A stretch of 64,000 nt of DNA, from IMG/VR virus record IMGVR_UViG_2795386114_000004, positions 4,641-68,640 of that record; one strand, 5' to 3'. How positions within the stretch are numbered: the stretch's first letter is position 1; every line of letters starts with the position of its first letter. The notes below the pieces were generated by a model, which was given only the letters and a program-made list of their open reading frames with translations, searched no databases and had not been told where the DNA came from. Source of the stretch: a virus. Lineage: Duplodnaviria; Caudoviricetes. Shown here in pieces: positions 16,238 to 25,159 of the stretch. The position numbers and the translations under genes were made by a program.

Positions 16238-16310
16238 AGCGCCGTAGCTCAGTTGGCAGAGCAGTTCCCTTATAAGGTTCAGGTCGCGGGTTCGAGTCCC
16301 GTCGGCGCCA
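16238..16310 (+). tRNA. tRNA-Ile-like with UAU anticodon (reads ATA); partly degenerate, no encoded CCA
   Basis: AGCGCCG/CGGCGCC acceptor (A1:C72 mismatch), GCTC/GAGC D arm, loop CT-TAT-AA (16271-16273), two U-U mismatches in the anticodon stem, GCGGG-TTCGAGT-CCCGT T arm. Confidence 0.7.
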
Positions 16311-16342
16311 CTCAAACACCCACCTTCTACTGGGAGTTGAGC

Positions 16343-16708
16343 ATGCCTGACACGGTCGTTCCCGCCCGCCTGCCGTCGACGCCCGCCGAGGTTGCGGGCG
16401 CCGTCCTCGACATGATCGAGCAGTACCCCGATCAGTTCGACATGAGCACCTGGTTTTACCGCGCCAAGGGCTCCGTCCTTGCCCCGCAGGAGCCGGTCGA
16501 CTGCGGCACGACGATGTGCGTTGCCGGGTGGGCCGCACACCTCACCGGCTGGACCCTGCGCGGTTCTCTCGCCCACAAGGGGAGCCAGGCCGAGTACATC
16601 GAGAACGTGGGGCGTGAGGCCCTCGGACTCGATGCGCACACGGACGGCCTCTTCTGGGCCAGCGCCGACGACGCCATCGAGGTACTCCGCGAGATCGCCG
16701 GACGCTGA
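16343..16708 (+). CDS. Hypothetical phage protein
   Basis: GGGAG RBS; FDMSTW...CGTTMCVAGWA. Confidence 0.75.
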   Translation: MPDTVVPARLPSTPAEVAGAVLDMIEQYPDQFDMSTWFYRAKGSVLAPQEPVDCGTTMCVAGWAAHLTGWTLRGSLAHKGSQAEYIENVGREALGLDAHTDGLFWASADDAIEVLREIAGR

Positions 16709-16771
16709 CCCACCGACCGCCCTGCGCACCGACTCGCTTCCCGCCGCCGGGCCCACACCGGAGAACCGATC

Positions 16772-17365
16772 ATGCCGAAGCCTCGCCGTTCCCGAATGGC
16801 CCGCCCGCCCGCGCGCGCCGCCGCCCTGCCGCGTCACGGCGGACTGGCCATCCCGTGGATCACCGGTTGGTTCGACGGCCGGCCCTACTTCGGGGTCAAC
16901 TTCCCGGTTCGCCGCATCCAGGCCATCACGCACCGGCTGTGTCAGTTCTGCCGTCAGCCGCTGGGGCGCCGCATCGGGCTGATCGTCCGACCCGCAGACA
17001 GCACCGTCGGATACGTCGACGAGCCCGGCATGCACCCCGAATGCCTGGACTACGCCGTCGCTGTCTGCCCGATGCTGAACGGCTCCATGGACCGCTACCG
17101 GGTGAGTCCGCCCGCCGCCGTGGCCGGCCTCATCGCGGTGCAGGCGTCGCGCGCTGGAAAGCCCGCCGAGGCCTACGAGGCCTGGTACATCACCCCGTCC
17201 GGCTACGAGATCGCGTACGGCGCTGGCGGAACGGTGCTCGGTATCCGCCTCGACGTGCCCGTGCTGATGAAGCGGCCCGTGCGTCAGGCAGCCCGGCCCC
17301 GGCTCACCGGCGAACACGCCGAGATGCTGCGCGCCGTGCTCGACCTGGAGCGCGGCGATGGCTGA
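16772..17365 (+). CDS. Hypothetical protein with Cys/His metal-binding motifs
   Basis: LCQFCRQPL; EPGMHPECLDYAVAVCPML. Confidence 0.75.
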   Translation: MPKPRRSRMARPPARAAALPRHGGLAIPWITGWFDGRPYFGVNFPVRRIQAITHRLCQFCRQPLGRRIGLIVRPADSTVGYVDEPGMHPECLDYAVAVCPMLNGSMDRYRVSPPAAVAGLIAVQASRAGKPAEAYEAWYITPSGYEIAYGAGGTVLGIRLDVPVLMKRPVRQAARPRLTGEHAEMLRAVLDLERGDG

Positions 17366-17594
17366 TCCGAAGCGCGAGCGCGCCATCACGGCGGCACAGC
17401 AGTCGGCCAGCGCGAAGTGGCGGCGCCAACAGTTCGCCGACAACCGGGACCCGGCCACCATCCCCCGCCCGCTCATGGTCGGCACACCGGACGACCTCCG
17501 CTGCTGGTGCCTGAAACCGCTCGGCCACGACTGGCCCGGCAAGGACGACGGCGCACCCCACCCACGAGAAGACCGAGGAGACCTCACACCATGA
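17358..17594 (+). CDS. Small hypothetical protein
   Basis: CWCLKPLGHDWPGK..GAPHPR. Confidence 0.6.
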   Translation: MADPKRERAITAAQQSASAKWRRQQFADNRDPATIPRPLMVGTPDDLRCWCLKPLGHDWPGKDDGAPHPREDRGDLTP

Positions 17595-18160
17595 CCGCCA
17601 GCCCGCCCAGCATCCCCACAGGGCCGGTCGACGCCGAGCCCGCCGGCTTCTACGCCCGCGACGCGCAAGCCGCCGTCCTCCGCGAGACCCTGACCGCCGC
17701 CGGAGTCGACCTCGGCGCGTACGACGAGCGCATCATGAACTGGCTGGCCGGTTGGGACTGGTCGACCGTCGCCGTCATCATCGCCTGGGTGGCGCGCGCC
17801 GCCTCGAGCCGCGAGCCGTCGTCCGCCGTCGCCCTGCCCGGCCGGTTCGACGCGACCCCGGCCCAGGTCGACCAGCACCTGCGCCGCATCCTCGCCGACG
17901 ACACGTACCTGCGCTACCAGCAGGCCATCGGCGCCCTGGCCGTCAGCGAGGCCGTCGACGAGGTGCGGACGACGGACCTGCCCATGGACTACATCGACAT
18001 GTTCGACAACGGCGCCAAGTGGGCTGCCGACTTGACCGACCCCGCGAAGGGCGGCGGACCGTACCCGTCGCAGCTTCTGTGCTCTCAGCACGACGGCTTC
18101 ACGCTCTGCCCGGGCGCGCCCGACTGCCCCCCGCGCGACACGATCGAGGACCCGCGATGA
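17591..18160 (+). CDS. Hypothetical phage protein
   Basis: GAGGAG RBS; GVDLGAYDERIMNWLAGWDWST. Confidence 0.7.
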   Translation: MTASPPSIPTGPVDAEPAGFYARDAQAAVLRETLTAAGVDLGAYDERIMNWLAGWDWSTVAVIIAWVARAASSREPSSAVALPGRFDATPAQVDQHLRRILADDTYLRYQQAIGALAVSEAVDEVRTTDLPMDYIDMFDNGAKWAADLTDPAKGGGPYPSQLLCSQHDGFTLCPGAPDCPPRDTIEDPR

Positions 18161-18534
18161 CGAAGCAGCCGACCGAGTCGTCCCCGCGCACGGTGGACTG
18201 CCCGCCGCCCCCACTCGGGTGCGCCGCGACAGCGGGTGAGCCGTGCCTGAGCCACGGCGGTACCCGCGTGCGCCACTCCTTCCACCAGGCCCGCACGGCC
18301 GCGTGGGAGGCCGCACGCATCGCCGCTGTCCCGGCCGCCAGGCTCGTCGCGGACGCCGTGGCCGAGCGGCGCATCCGGCACGCCCAGCACGCCGTCACCC
18401 TGCTCCGTGAGCACGGCCACCAGACCGAGGCCGACAAGTTGCAGAGCGAGGTGCGCGCCCGCAACGGGCTCATGTCCGCCAAGCAGTCCGCCACGTTCCT
18501 GCTCGACGAGGCCGAGAAGGGAGCTGGCTCCTGA
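18157..18534 (+). CDS. Zinc-finger-containing phage protein
   Basis: VDCP..GCAATAGEPC...FHQAR. Confidence 0.7.
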   Translation: MTKQPTESSPRTVDCPPPPLGCAATAGEPCLSHGGTRVRHSFHQARTAAWEAARIAAVPAARLVADAVAERRIRHAQHAVTLLREHGHQTEADKLQSEVRARNGLMSAKQSATFLLDEAEKGAGS

Positions 18535-18962
18535 TGGCGTTCGACCCGAGCGACTACTGCTCGAACCCGAAGTGCGGGGGAGCGGCCAACGCCTGCGCCT
18601 GCCCCGCAGACCACAACACGCAGGACCTGATGCGCTGCTGTACCTGCGGCGGCCAGTGGTGGCGCTCGCACGGCGACACGTCCACCACCTGCGTGCACCC
18701 GCAGTGCCGCCAGGACGGATCCGTCGTCGTCCGAGCCGCCAAGTACCCGCCGGCCTACGACGAAGCCGGCAACCGGCTGGAGACCGGCGAGCCGGACGCC
18801 TCGGAGGACTGCGGCGCCGTGAGCCCCGACACCGAGTGCGGAATCTGTGAGGGCTGCCAGGAAGCCACCGCCGCCGACATCGAGGCCCAGTACGAGTCCG
18901 GATCGATCACGTACGGCGAAGCGGTGTTTAAGCACCACCTGAACGGAACGTGGGGCCGATGA
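18534..18962 (+). CDS. Cys-rich hypothetical protein
   Basis: Multiple CxxC pairs; TGATG coupling. Confidence 0.65.
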   Translation: MAFDPSDYCSNPKCGGAANACACPADHNTQDLMRCCTCGGQWWRSHGDTSTTCVHPQCRQDGSVVVRAAKYPPAYDEAGNRLETGEPDASEDCGAVSPDTECGICEGCQEATAADIEAQYESGSITYGEAVFKHHLNGTWGR

Positions 18963-19513
18963 GCACCAGTGAGGAACTGTCCCCGGAACAGCGGGCCACG
19001 CTTGCCGAGCAACTCGGCAGTACGCTGCCCGCGCGTAACCACCTGCTCCTGTCACTGGGAGAGTCCATCCGCGAGCGTCGCGGGATGGCTCCAGTGCTGC
19101 GACGCCTGCTCGACGCAGAGACCGAAGTCGCCCGTCTCCGCGACGAGCTCGACGAGGTGAGAGCCGAGCGGAGCCCGCTCCTGCGCTGCCTCATCGTGAA
19201 GCCAGAGCGGGACCGGGACCTGTACATCGGCTGGTCGAACATCGCCGAGGGCCCAACCGGCCTGTGGACCCGTGCCGAGGCCCTCGAGTACGGCTTCCCC
19301 CGCTCCCGGCTGGACCGCGCCGACAAGAACGGATCCAGCGATCTGTCCTGCGGGGATGGCCACTGGGACGACGAGGGGTTCATCGCCGAGCAGCGGGGTT
19401 GGCTGCGCCGCGGCCGCCTCGCCGAGTACGCCCGGCTGTACTTCGCTGGCCGACTGGAGGCCGCGTTCGACCTACTGGAGCCCTTCGAGGGCGAGACGGA
19501 GGTGCGCCGGTGA
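18959..19513 (+). CDS. Hypothetical protein (N-terminus paralogous to the next gene)
   Basis: LSPEQRATLAEQLG...APVLRRLLDAETE. Confidence 0.7.
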   Translation: MSTSEELSPEQRATLAEQLGSTLPARNHLLLSLGESIRERRGMAPVLRRLLDAETEVARLRDELDEVRAERSPLLRCLIVKPERDRDLYIGWSNIAEGPTGLWTRAEALEYGFPRSRLDRADKNGSSDLSCGDGHWDDEGFIAEQRGWLRRGRLAEYARLYFAGRLEAAFDLLEPFEGETEVRR

Positions 19514-20154
19514 GTGACGTAGCACCCCTGACGCCGGAGCAGCAGGCGGAGCTCACTCAGCAGCTCGGCGACGCGAAGCCTGCGAGCAGCGGACTTCTCA
19601 TGTCCTTCGGCGCGTCGGTCCAGGACCGGCGCGAGCACGACCACACCACCCAGCGCGAGGACTGGTACTGCCTCAACCTGGCCGCCTACATGGGCGAGCG
19701 GGCTGCCCCGATCCTGCGACGACTGCTCGACGCCGAGACGGAGCTCGCGGCTGCCCGCGCCCGCATCGCCGAGCTGGAGAAGCAACCGGCCGGGCCGTCC
19801 GTGGCGATGACGGACAGGCAGCTCGCCGAGGTGGGTAAGTCGCTGGCCGCCTACCAGAAGTCGCACGACCGTGGCGGCACGCTCGCCTGCTGCTCAGCGC
19901 ACGCCGCCGCCGACCACGTGCCCGCGCTCCTGGCGGCGGTCCAGCGGCTGACTTCCGCACTGGGGCGCGGCGATCGAGCGACCACCCTCAGGGAGGCAGC
20001 CGCCGCCCTGCGGACCGAACGCCAACAGCACTTCACTCGGGACATCTTCTGCGCCGGCCTCGACCACGCCGCGAACCTGGTGCAGCAGTTGGCCGAAGAG
20101 GCCAAGAAGGACGTGCCGGTGCCGTCCGAGGCAAAGAACGAGGTAGAACAGTGA
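19510..20154 (+). CDS. Hypothetical phage protein
   Basis: LTPEQQAELTQQLG...APILRRLLDAETE; GTGA coupling. Confidence 0.7.
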   Translation: MSDVAPLTPEQQAELTQQLGDAKPASSGLLMSFGASVQDRREHDHTTQREDWYCLNLAAYMGERAAPILRRLLDAETELAAARARIAELEKQPAGPSVAMTDRQLAEVGKSLAAYQKSHDRGGTLACCSAHAAADHVPALLAAVQRLTSALGRGDRATTLREAAAALRTERQQHFTRDIFCAGLDHAANLVQQLAEEAKKDVPVPSEAKNEVEQ

Positions 20155-21212
20155 GTGCCCACGAGGACGCCGTCAAATCGCTGGTCAACGGCGGCTACGC
20201 ACAACAGATCGCGCGCGAGATCCTGGCAGCCGTCGTCGCCGAGGACCGTGCCGAAAGCCAGCGGAGGTGGGCGGCGAAAATCCTCGAGGTTGGAACCGCG
20301 AAAGGCTGGTCGACGTGGGCCGCTGCGTTCATGGACCCCGACATCGAGTTCGTCGACACCGGCATGCCGTCGACCGAGACCATCGTCGCTGAGCTCAGGC
20401 GCCTGGACCGCGTCAAGATCCTCCGCGACGCCGCCAGCGCCATCAACAACTTGCCGCAAGACTATGAGTGCGACCCCGGACGGGGCGACGCGGCGAACCT
20501 ACTGCGCCGCATGGCTGACGAAGCCGAGCGGGGGAAGGACACCAGCGGCGGCCGCCAGCTGCGCGAGGGCGAGTCCACGGCCGCTTCCGCCGCTTCGGCA
20601 GGCGACGACGTTGCTGCCGAACGCAACTGCCTCGCTATGGCCGTGATGTTCGCCCTCCAGTGGAAACCGGACGCGCCTATGGGTCTGCGTGAGGGCATCG
20701 AGGAGATCCTCTCGTCGATGCCCACGGTCAGGGAGAAGAGCTACCGCCTGGCAGTCGAACCGCTGGTCGTGGCCCGGTACGACGTGGCGATGGAGCCCGC
20801 GCCGGAGGAAGGGCCGGTGTTCACGATCGGCGCCGTCGCCGAGGACGGGCAGCCCGTGGCGTTGTTCTTCGACCAGGGGGCGCGCGCGAAGGTCGCGGGC
20901 TGGCTCGGCGCGGACCTCATCGCTGCCGACCAGCTCGCGCACTGCGCCAGTTTCGAGATCCCGTGGCCTGGTCAATGGAGGGATCTGCTGGTGCAGCGCA
21001 GCTACGCGGGCGGCGACCGGTGGATGATCTGCGACAGGGAGGGGCGCAGCTGGCACCGCGAGTTCGGCTTCGTGTACGAGCGCCTGGACCTCGACGAGCG
21101 CACCCGCACCGACACCCGGTTCCCCCTCGCTGAGGCATGGCCGTTGGCGCAGCGGATCGCCGCCGGAGAAGCGCCGGTGCGCGCCGAGCACGGTGAGGGA
21201 GAGCAGCCGTGA
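20151..21212 (+). CDS. Mosaic hypothetical phage protein
   Basis: 353 aa, coupled at both ends. Confidence 0.7.
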   Translation: MSAHEDAVKSLVNGGYAQQIAREILAAVVAEDRAESQRRWAAKILEVGTAKGWSTWAAAFMDPDIEFVDTGMPSTETIVAELRRLDRVKILRDAASAINNLPQDYECDPGRGDAANLLRRMADEAERGKDTSGGRQLREGESTAASAASAGDDVAAERNCLAMAVMFALQWKPDAPMGLREGIEEILSSMPTVREKSYRLAVEPLVVARYDVAMEPAPEEGPVFTIGAVAEDGQPVALFFDQGARAKVAGWLGADLIAADQLAHCASFEIPWPGQWRDLLVQRSYAGGDRWMICDREGRSWHREFGFVYERLDLDERTRTDTRFPLAEAWPLAQRIAAGEAPVRAEHGEGEQP

Positions 21213-22786
21213 GCCTCTCCACCCTGCGCGGAGCCGTCGAGTGGTCCACCATGCACCCGGTGCCTGCCGCCCTCGTGGCAGTGCTGGCGCTCGCCCTGGT
21301 GGCCGTACTCGTCTGGACGGCCACCAGGGCCGTACGCGCCGCGCGCCGCCTGCCCGCAGAGGTACGGGTCGCCGCCCTCGGCGCCGCGGTGTGTACCGCG
21401 TACAGCGGGGACACATCCTGGCGGTTCGCTCGCGACCACCTCGGCATGGCCGACCTCACCGAGCGCATCATCATGTTCGGTGCCGGCGAGGGAGCTCTGC
21501 TCGCATGCGCCACGATGGCCCGCGCGAACAAGCAGGCCACCGCCACCAAGGACACCGCCGGTAGCGCAGGAGTTGCCGGCGCCTTGGTCTGGTGCATCAC
21601 CGCGGTGCAGATCGTGCCCGCGTTCGTCGAGTCGGGCTGGGTGGGCGGCATTGTCCGTGCCACGTTCGGCCCGGTCATGGCTGGCCTGCTGTGGCACCTG
21701 GCGATGGGCCTGGAGATCCGCATCGTGCGGCCCGGCGCCCTGTCCACCGGCCTGCTCGCGGTCGTGGGCCGTGAGCTGCGCGAGCGGCTGCTGTCCTACC
21801 TCGGTCTCGCGGCCCGGGACCGTACCGCGGAGCAGATCACCCGCGACCGGGCCATGGCGCGCGCCGTACGGCTCGCATCCCGGCCGAAACGCGGCGCCTG
21901 GGGGCGCCGCCGCCTGGCGAACGCGGTCGCCAACGCCGGCGTCGGCAACGACGGGGAGCAGCGGCACCGGCTCCTCCAGGACCTCGCCGCCCTCCGCAAC
22001 GCCGAAGAGCTGGCGACCGTACCCCTGCCGTCGCCGTGGTCGAGTACACCCGTACTCGCTGAGCCGTACCCGCGGACACTGCACGGCCTCACCGTCGCCC
22101 AGCTGCAAGCCATGGATCCGCTCGACGCCGTGCTTCGAGTACATGCCGCGCACCCCGAAGCGCCCCCGGCCGGACTCGCCAGCCTGTGCACCGAGTACGG
22201 CGTACCCGTCTCCGAGGCCCGGGTACGCGTGGCCCTACACGCCGTACCTAGGCCCACGGCCCCGCGACCGGCCGCCGCACCCGCCCACCCGCACCTCGTA
22301 CCCGTACCCGACTCGGCGGAGGACCCCGTACCCGAGCGCTTCGGGTACGGGTCGCAGATCGGTGGCCTGCACCTCGACGTCGAGACCGAAGCAACGGTGC
22401 GCCGCGAGTTCGCCTGTGCCGTACCCGCCGCGTTGATCCCGGTACTCCGTACCCGGACCGAGGAGGAGGCCCGCGTCCCTGTGGGCACCAGCGCTGGGCC
22501 GGCCAGGGAACGCTCGGAGGCATCCGATGCCGACCGACCGGCAGCACGTACCCGGCCGGGCACCGACGAAGTACCCGGCGACGATCGCGTACCTGACCCC
22601 TCGGGTACGGGCGAGCAGGAGACCGAAGACCTCATTCAGCGCGCCCGGCTCGTCGACGCCGAACACCGCAGGACACACCGAGGACAGCCAGCGCCCATCC
22701 GCGTTCTGAAGAAGCAGCTGCGCATCGGCCAGGCGAAAGCCGAGATCGTGCGCGCCGCACTCAACCTGGAAGGCACCAAGCAGTGA
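21209..22786 (+). CDS. Multi-TM protein with Pro-rich linker and C-terminal HTH (Spd/DUF2637-like)
   Basis: N-terminal TM helices (CTAYSGDTSWRFA, GPVMAGLLWHLAMGLEIR); C-terminal PIRVLKKQLRIGQAKAEIVR. Confidence 0.7.
   Translation: MSLSTLRGAVEWSTMHPVPAALVAVLALALVAVLVWTATRAVRAARRLPAEVRVAALGAAVCTAYSGDTSWRFARDHLGMADLTERIIMFGAGEGALLACATMARANKQATATKDTAGSAGVAGALVWCITAVQIVPAFVESGWVGGIVRATFGPVMAGLLWHLAMGLEIRIVRPGALSTGLLAVVGRELRERLLSYLGLAARDRTAEQITRDRAMARAVRLASRPKRGAWGRRRLANAVANAGVGNDGEQRHRLLQDLAALRNAEELATVPLPSPWSSTPVLAEPYPRTLHGLTVAQLQAMDPLDAVLRVHAAHPEAPPAGLASLCTEYGVPVSEARVRVALHAVPRPTAPRPAAAPAHPHLVPVPDSAEDPVPERFGYGSQIGGLHLDVETEATVRREFACAVPAALIPVLRTRTEEEARVPVGTSAGPARERSEASDADRPAARTRPGTDEVPGDDRVPDPSGTGEQETEDLIQRARLVDAEHRRTHRGQPAPIRVLKKQLRIGQAKAEIVRAALNLEGTKQ
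22019..22610. repeat. Dispersed array of the 8-mer CGTACCCG / CGGGTACG inside a CDS
   Basis: 20 GTAC cores counted in about 590 bp; 8 exact forward and 3 exact reverse 8-mers, in all reading frames. Confidence 0.85.
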
Positions 22787-23406
22787 TCAGCACCGAGACC
22801 GTGGACGCGCTCAAGGACGAGCTCGTAGAACACCTCAGATCGCGTACGGAGTGGGACGAACAGCCCGCCCTGTTCACTCTCCACCAGGAGGGCCAGGGCG
22901 ACGTCCTCCTGGTGCAGATCCCGGTGCCGGAAGCGCTCTGGGATGCCGGCGGGCACCCGCCGACAGTCGTCGCCTCGATCGCGGCGAGTGTGACCGGTTT
23001 GCCGCGCTGGCCCGACGGCTCACATCTGCTCGTCGCTCCCTGGGCGGGGCCGCTCATCGGGGCCGCGTTCCGGTACGAGGCTTACGCGGTCGCCTCCGAC
23101 TCCCCGCACCCGGCGGCCCAGGAGGCCACGCGTCGCCGGACTGCTGGCGGGTCCGTTCCGCGCTTCAAGGACGTTCCTGGCCGGACGGAACAAAGGTGCA
23201 TCACCGCGGTGGATGTGGATGGCGGCCGGTATATGGCGAGCGCCACCCGGATCACCGAGACCGAGCTGGAGGCCGCCGAACCGGTCGTCCACTACCTCGC
23301 GTTCGCTGACCCGAAGCGGGACACGTTGTCCGGCAAGGTCGTAGACGCCACCAATCGCCTCCTCAACGCCGTCAGGCCCGCTCCGACGAAAGGTTCCGCG
23401 CGATGA
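22783..23406 (+). CDS. Hypothetical phage protein
   Basis: GTGA coupling, 207 aa. Confidence 0.7.
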   Translation: MISTETVDALKDELVEHLRSRTEWDEQPALFTLHQEGQGDVLLVQIPVPEALWDAGGHPPTVVASIAASVTGLPRWPDGSHLLVAPWAGPLIGAAFRYEAYAVASDSPHPAAQEATRRRTAGGSVPRFKDVPGRTEQRCITAVDVDGGRYMASATRITETELEAAEPVVHYLAFADPKRDTLSGKVVDATNRLLNAVRPAPTKGSAR

Positions 23407-23753
23407 AGCCCGTCGTGTGCAACTTCTACATCCGCACCCCGGCCGGAGACGGCCAGTTCCACTACGACTCCGTCGACATCAGTAGTCCGCACCACGACGC
23501 CAAGATGCACACCCCTTACCCGCCGCAGGTCGGCGACCTCATCCACCTGTGGGACTTCGTCAAGAAGCAGGGCGGAACCTACGAGGTGATCGCACGGCAG
23601 TGGTTGCACTCCAGCTACGGATCGACGAACTGGCCCGTGCTGGAGCAGCAGCCGACCGTGGGCCCCCTCCTGGATCTCATCGTGGAGCCCGCCGAGGGCG
23701 TTTTCCGTGACGAGGCGCAGCGCCGGGACGGCGAGGAAGGCGGAAGTGAGTGA
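23403..23753 (+). CDS. Hypothetical phage protein
   Basis: ATGA coupling; PPQVGDLI. Confidence 0.7.
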   Translation: MKPVVCNFYIRTPAGDGQFHYDSVDISSPHHDAKMHTPYPPQVGDLIHLWDFVKKQGGTYEVIARQWLHSSYGSTNWPVLEQQPTVGPLLDLIVEPAEGVFRDEAQRRDGEEGGSE

Positions 23754-24301
23754 ACTACCGCCCGTACCCCGACGCCGACCGCGCCCTGGCCCAGGTGGAG
23801 CGCGGCCGACTGCCCAAGACGCCACAGCCGGGGCCGTTGAATCCGTTCACGGCGACCGGTCGCGACCTAGGCGAAGCCTTCCGAGCCGCCTTCGGGCACC
23901 CGCGCCGGGCGGGGAAGTCCGCCATCACCGCGGCGATCGTCGACCAGGCCGTGAAGGCCGGCGAGCACGTTCACGTCGCCACACGGCGCGGTGTCCGCTG
24001 CGCCGGGGGAGCCGAGCAGCTGCTGGTCCTTGCTCGGGTGGTGCGCACCTGCGTGGCTGTGCCGTCGCAGTGGAACGCGTGGACCGTCGACGGCCAGTAC
24101 CTCTACCTGCGGTACCGGTCCGGCATCGGCACCGTCGACGCCTATGACATCGAGGACTCCGACGCCTGGACGCGCATCCCGGACGGCGCGGTCGCACGCT
24201 TCGACACCGGCGACCCCCTGGACGGCGAGATGGACATCGAGGAGTTCTGCCAGCGCGCCAGCCTACAGCTGGCCGACGACGCGGAGGTGACCAGCAAGTG
24301 A
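23750..24301 (+). CDS. Mosaic hypothetical protein
   Basis: YRPYPDADRAL; PRRAGKS; TCVAVPSQWNAWTVDGQYLYLRYRSG. Confidence 0.7.
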   Translation: MNYRPYPDADRALAQVERGRLPKTPQPGPLNPFTATGRDLGEAFRAAFGHPRRAGKSAITAAIVDQAVKAGEHVHVATRRGVRCAGGAEQLLVLARVVRTCVAVPSQWNAWTVDGQYLYLRYRSGIGTVDAYDIEDSDAWTRIPDGAVARFDTGDPLDGEMDIEEFCQRASLQLADDAEVTSK

Positions 24302-24537
24302 TCAAGGCATTGTTGCGTGAGGCCACTGGCGCCCCCGTCGTGGTCCTCGGCCTGTCCGGCGAGAACATGGCTCGCCTCATGGCCGACGAACCCATCGTGG
24401 TCCAGGTCGCCGAGCTCGGCCTGAAGCCCATGAAAATCCTCATCGTGGGCGGGCGCACCGAGGAAGCCATCGCGGCGAAGCTCGCCGAGCAGTTGGGGCA
24501 GCGACGAACGACCGTGCGCCAGGAGCCGGACCGGTGA
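24298..24537 (+). CDS. Small hypothetical protein
   Basis: VLGLSGENMARLMADEPI. Confidence 0.75.
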   Translation: MIKALLREATGAPVVVLGLSGENMARLMADEPIVVQVAELGLKPMKILIVGGRTEEAIAAKLAEQLGQRRTTVRQEPDR

Positions 24538-24941
24538 GCGCGCCGCAGCAGCCCCGGCACCCGGTGCCGGACCACATCCCCGAGCATCTGCGCGAGGCCT
24601 TCGCGACGACGAGGGGCAGCGAGATCCCACCCCACAGCCCGTACCAGCGGGGCGACGCGGTCCAGCTGCACGGCTTCGGCGGTGAGCAGCCCGGCCATCG
24701 CCGTACCGGCTTCCGGGGCTGGGCCGTCGCCACCGTCGGCGCGACGATCCTCACGGGCATCACCACCGACGGCGAAGAGTGGTGGGAGTACTGGGGCCGT
24801 CTCCACCCGGACGGCCAACCGGTCGACCTCTGGCGCTGGTGCACCTGTTGCCGCGACGAACGCCGTGAGCTCCTTCAAGCTCAGCACGCCAAGCAGCGCG
24901 CACGCGGCGAACAACTCGACCTGTTCGGAGCCGCCTCGTGA
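24534..24941 (+). CDS. Hypothetical phage protein
   Basis: Coupled ORF ending EQLDLF. Confidence 0.7.
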   Translation: MSAPQQPRHPVPDHIPEHLREAFATTRGSEIPPHSPYQRGDAVQLHGFGGEQPGHRRTGFRGWAVATVGATILTGITTDGEEWWEYWGRLHPDGQPVDLWRWCTCCRDERRELLQAQHAKQRARGEQLDLFGAAS

Positions 24942-25159
24942 CCGCACCCCTTCAGGTCCGTCCCGCGACCTTCCCGCCCGTCGGCTTCAGCACCGCCCCG
25001 CCAGGCCGTGCGTGGGGCACCACATGCCGCCCCTGCGGCAGCGGCGGCGTGCCGATGCTCATCGCCCGCTCATCGACCCTCGACCGTGCCGGATGGCAGG
25101 CCTGCATGGCGGCCGCGCAGGCCCACATCACCCAGCACAAGAACGGCGGTCGGCTGTGA
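24938..25159 (+). CDS. Small C2H2-like protein
   Basis: CRPC...AQAHITQH. Confidence 0.55.
   Translation: MTAPLQVRPATFPPVGFSTAPPGRAWGTTCRPCGSGGVPMLIARSSTLDRAGWQACMAAAQAHITQHKNGGRL

Noticed and set aside
14813-16310. tRNAs as attL/attR integration sites
   Set aside because: No integrase nearby, no duplicated tRNA 3' end seen, and both lie inside a co-oriented operon
16253-16342. Upstream extension of ORF 16253-16708
   Set aside because: Lies within the tRNA-like gene; the RBS supports ATG 16343
15191-18316. 1041-aa minus-strand ORF
   Set aside because: Antisense shadow of GC3-biased plus-strand genes; it crosses a tRNA and has no recognisable motifs
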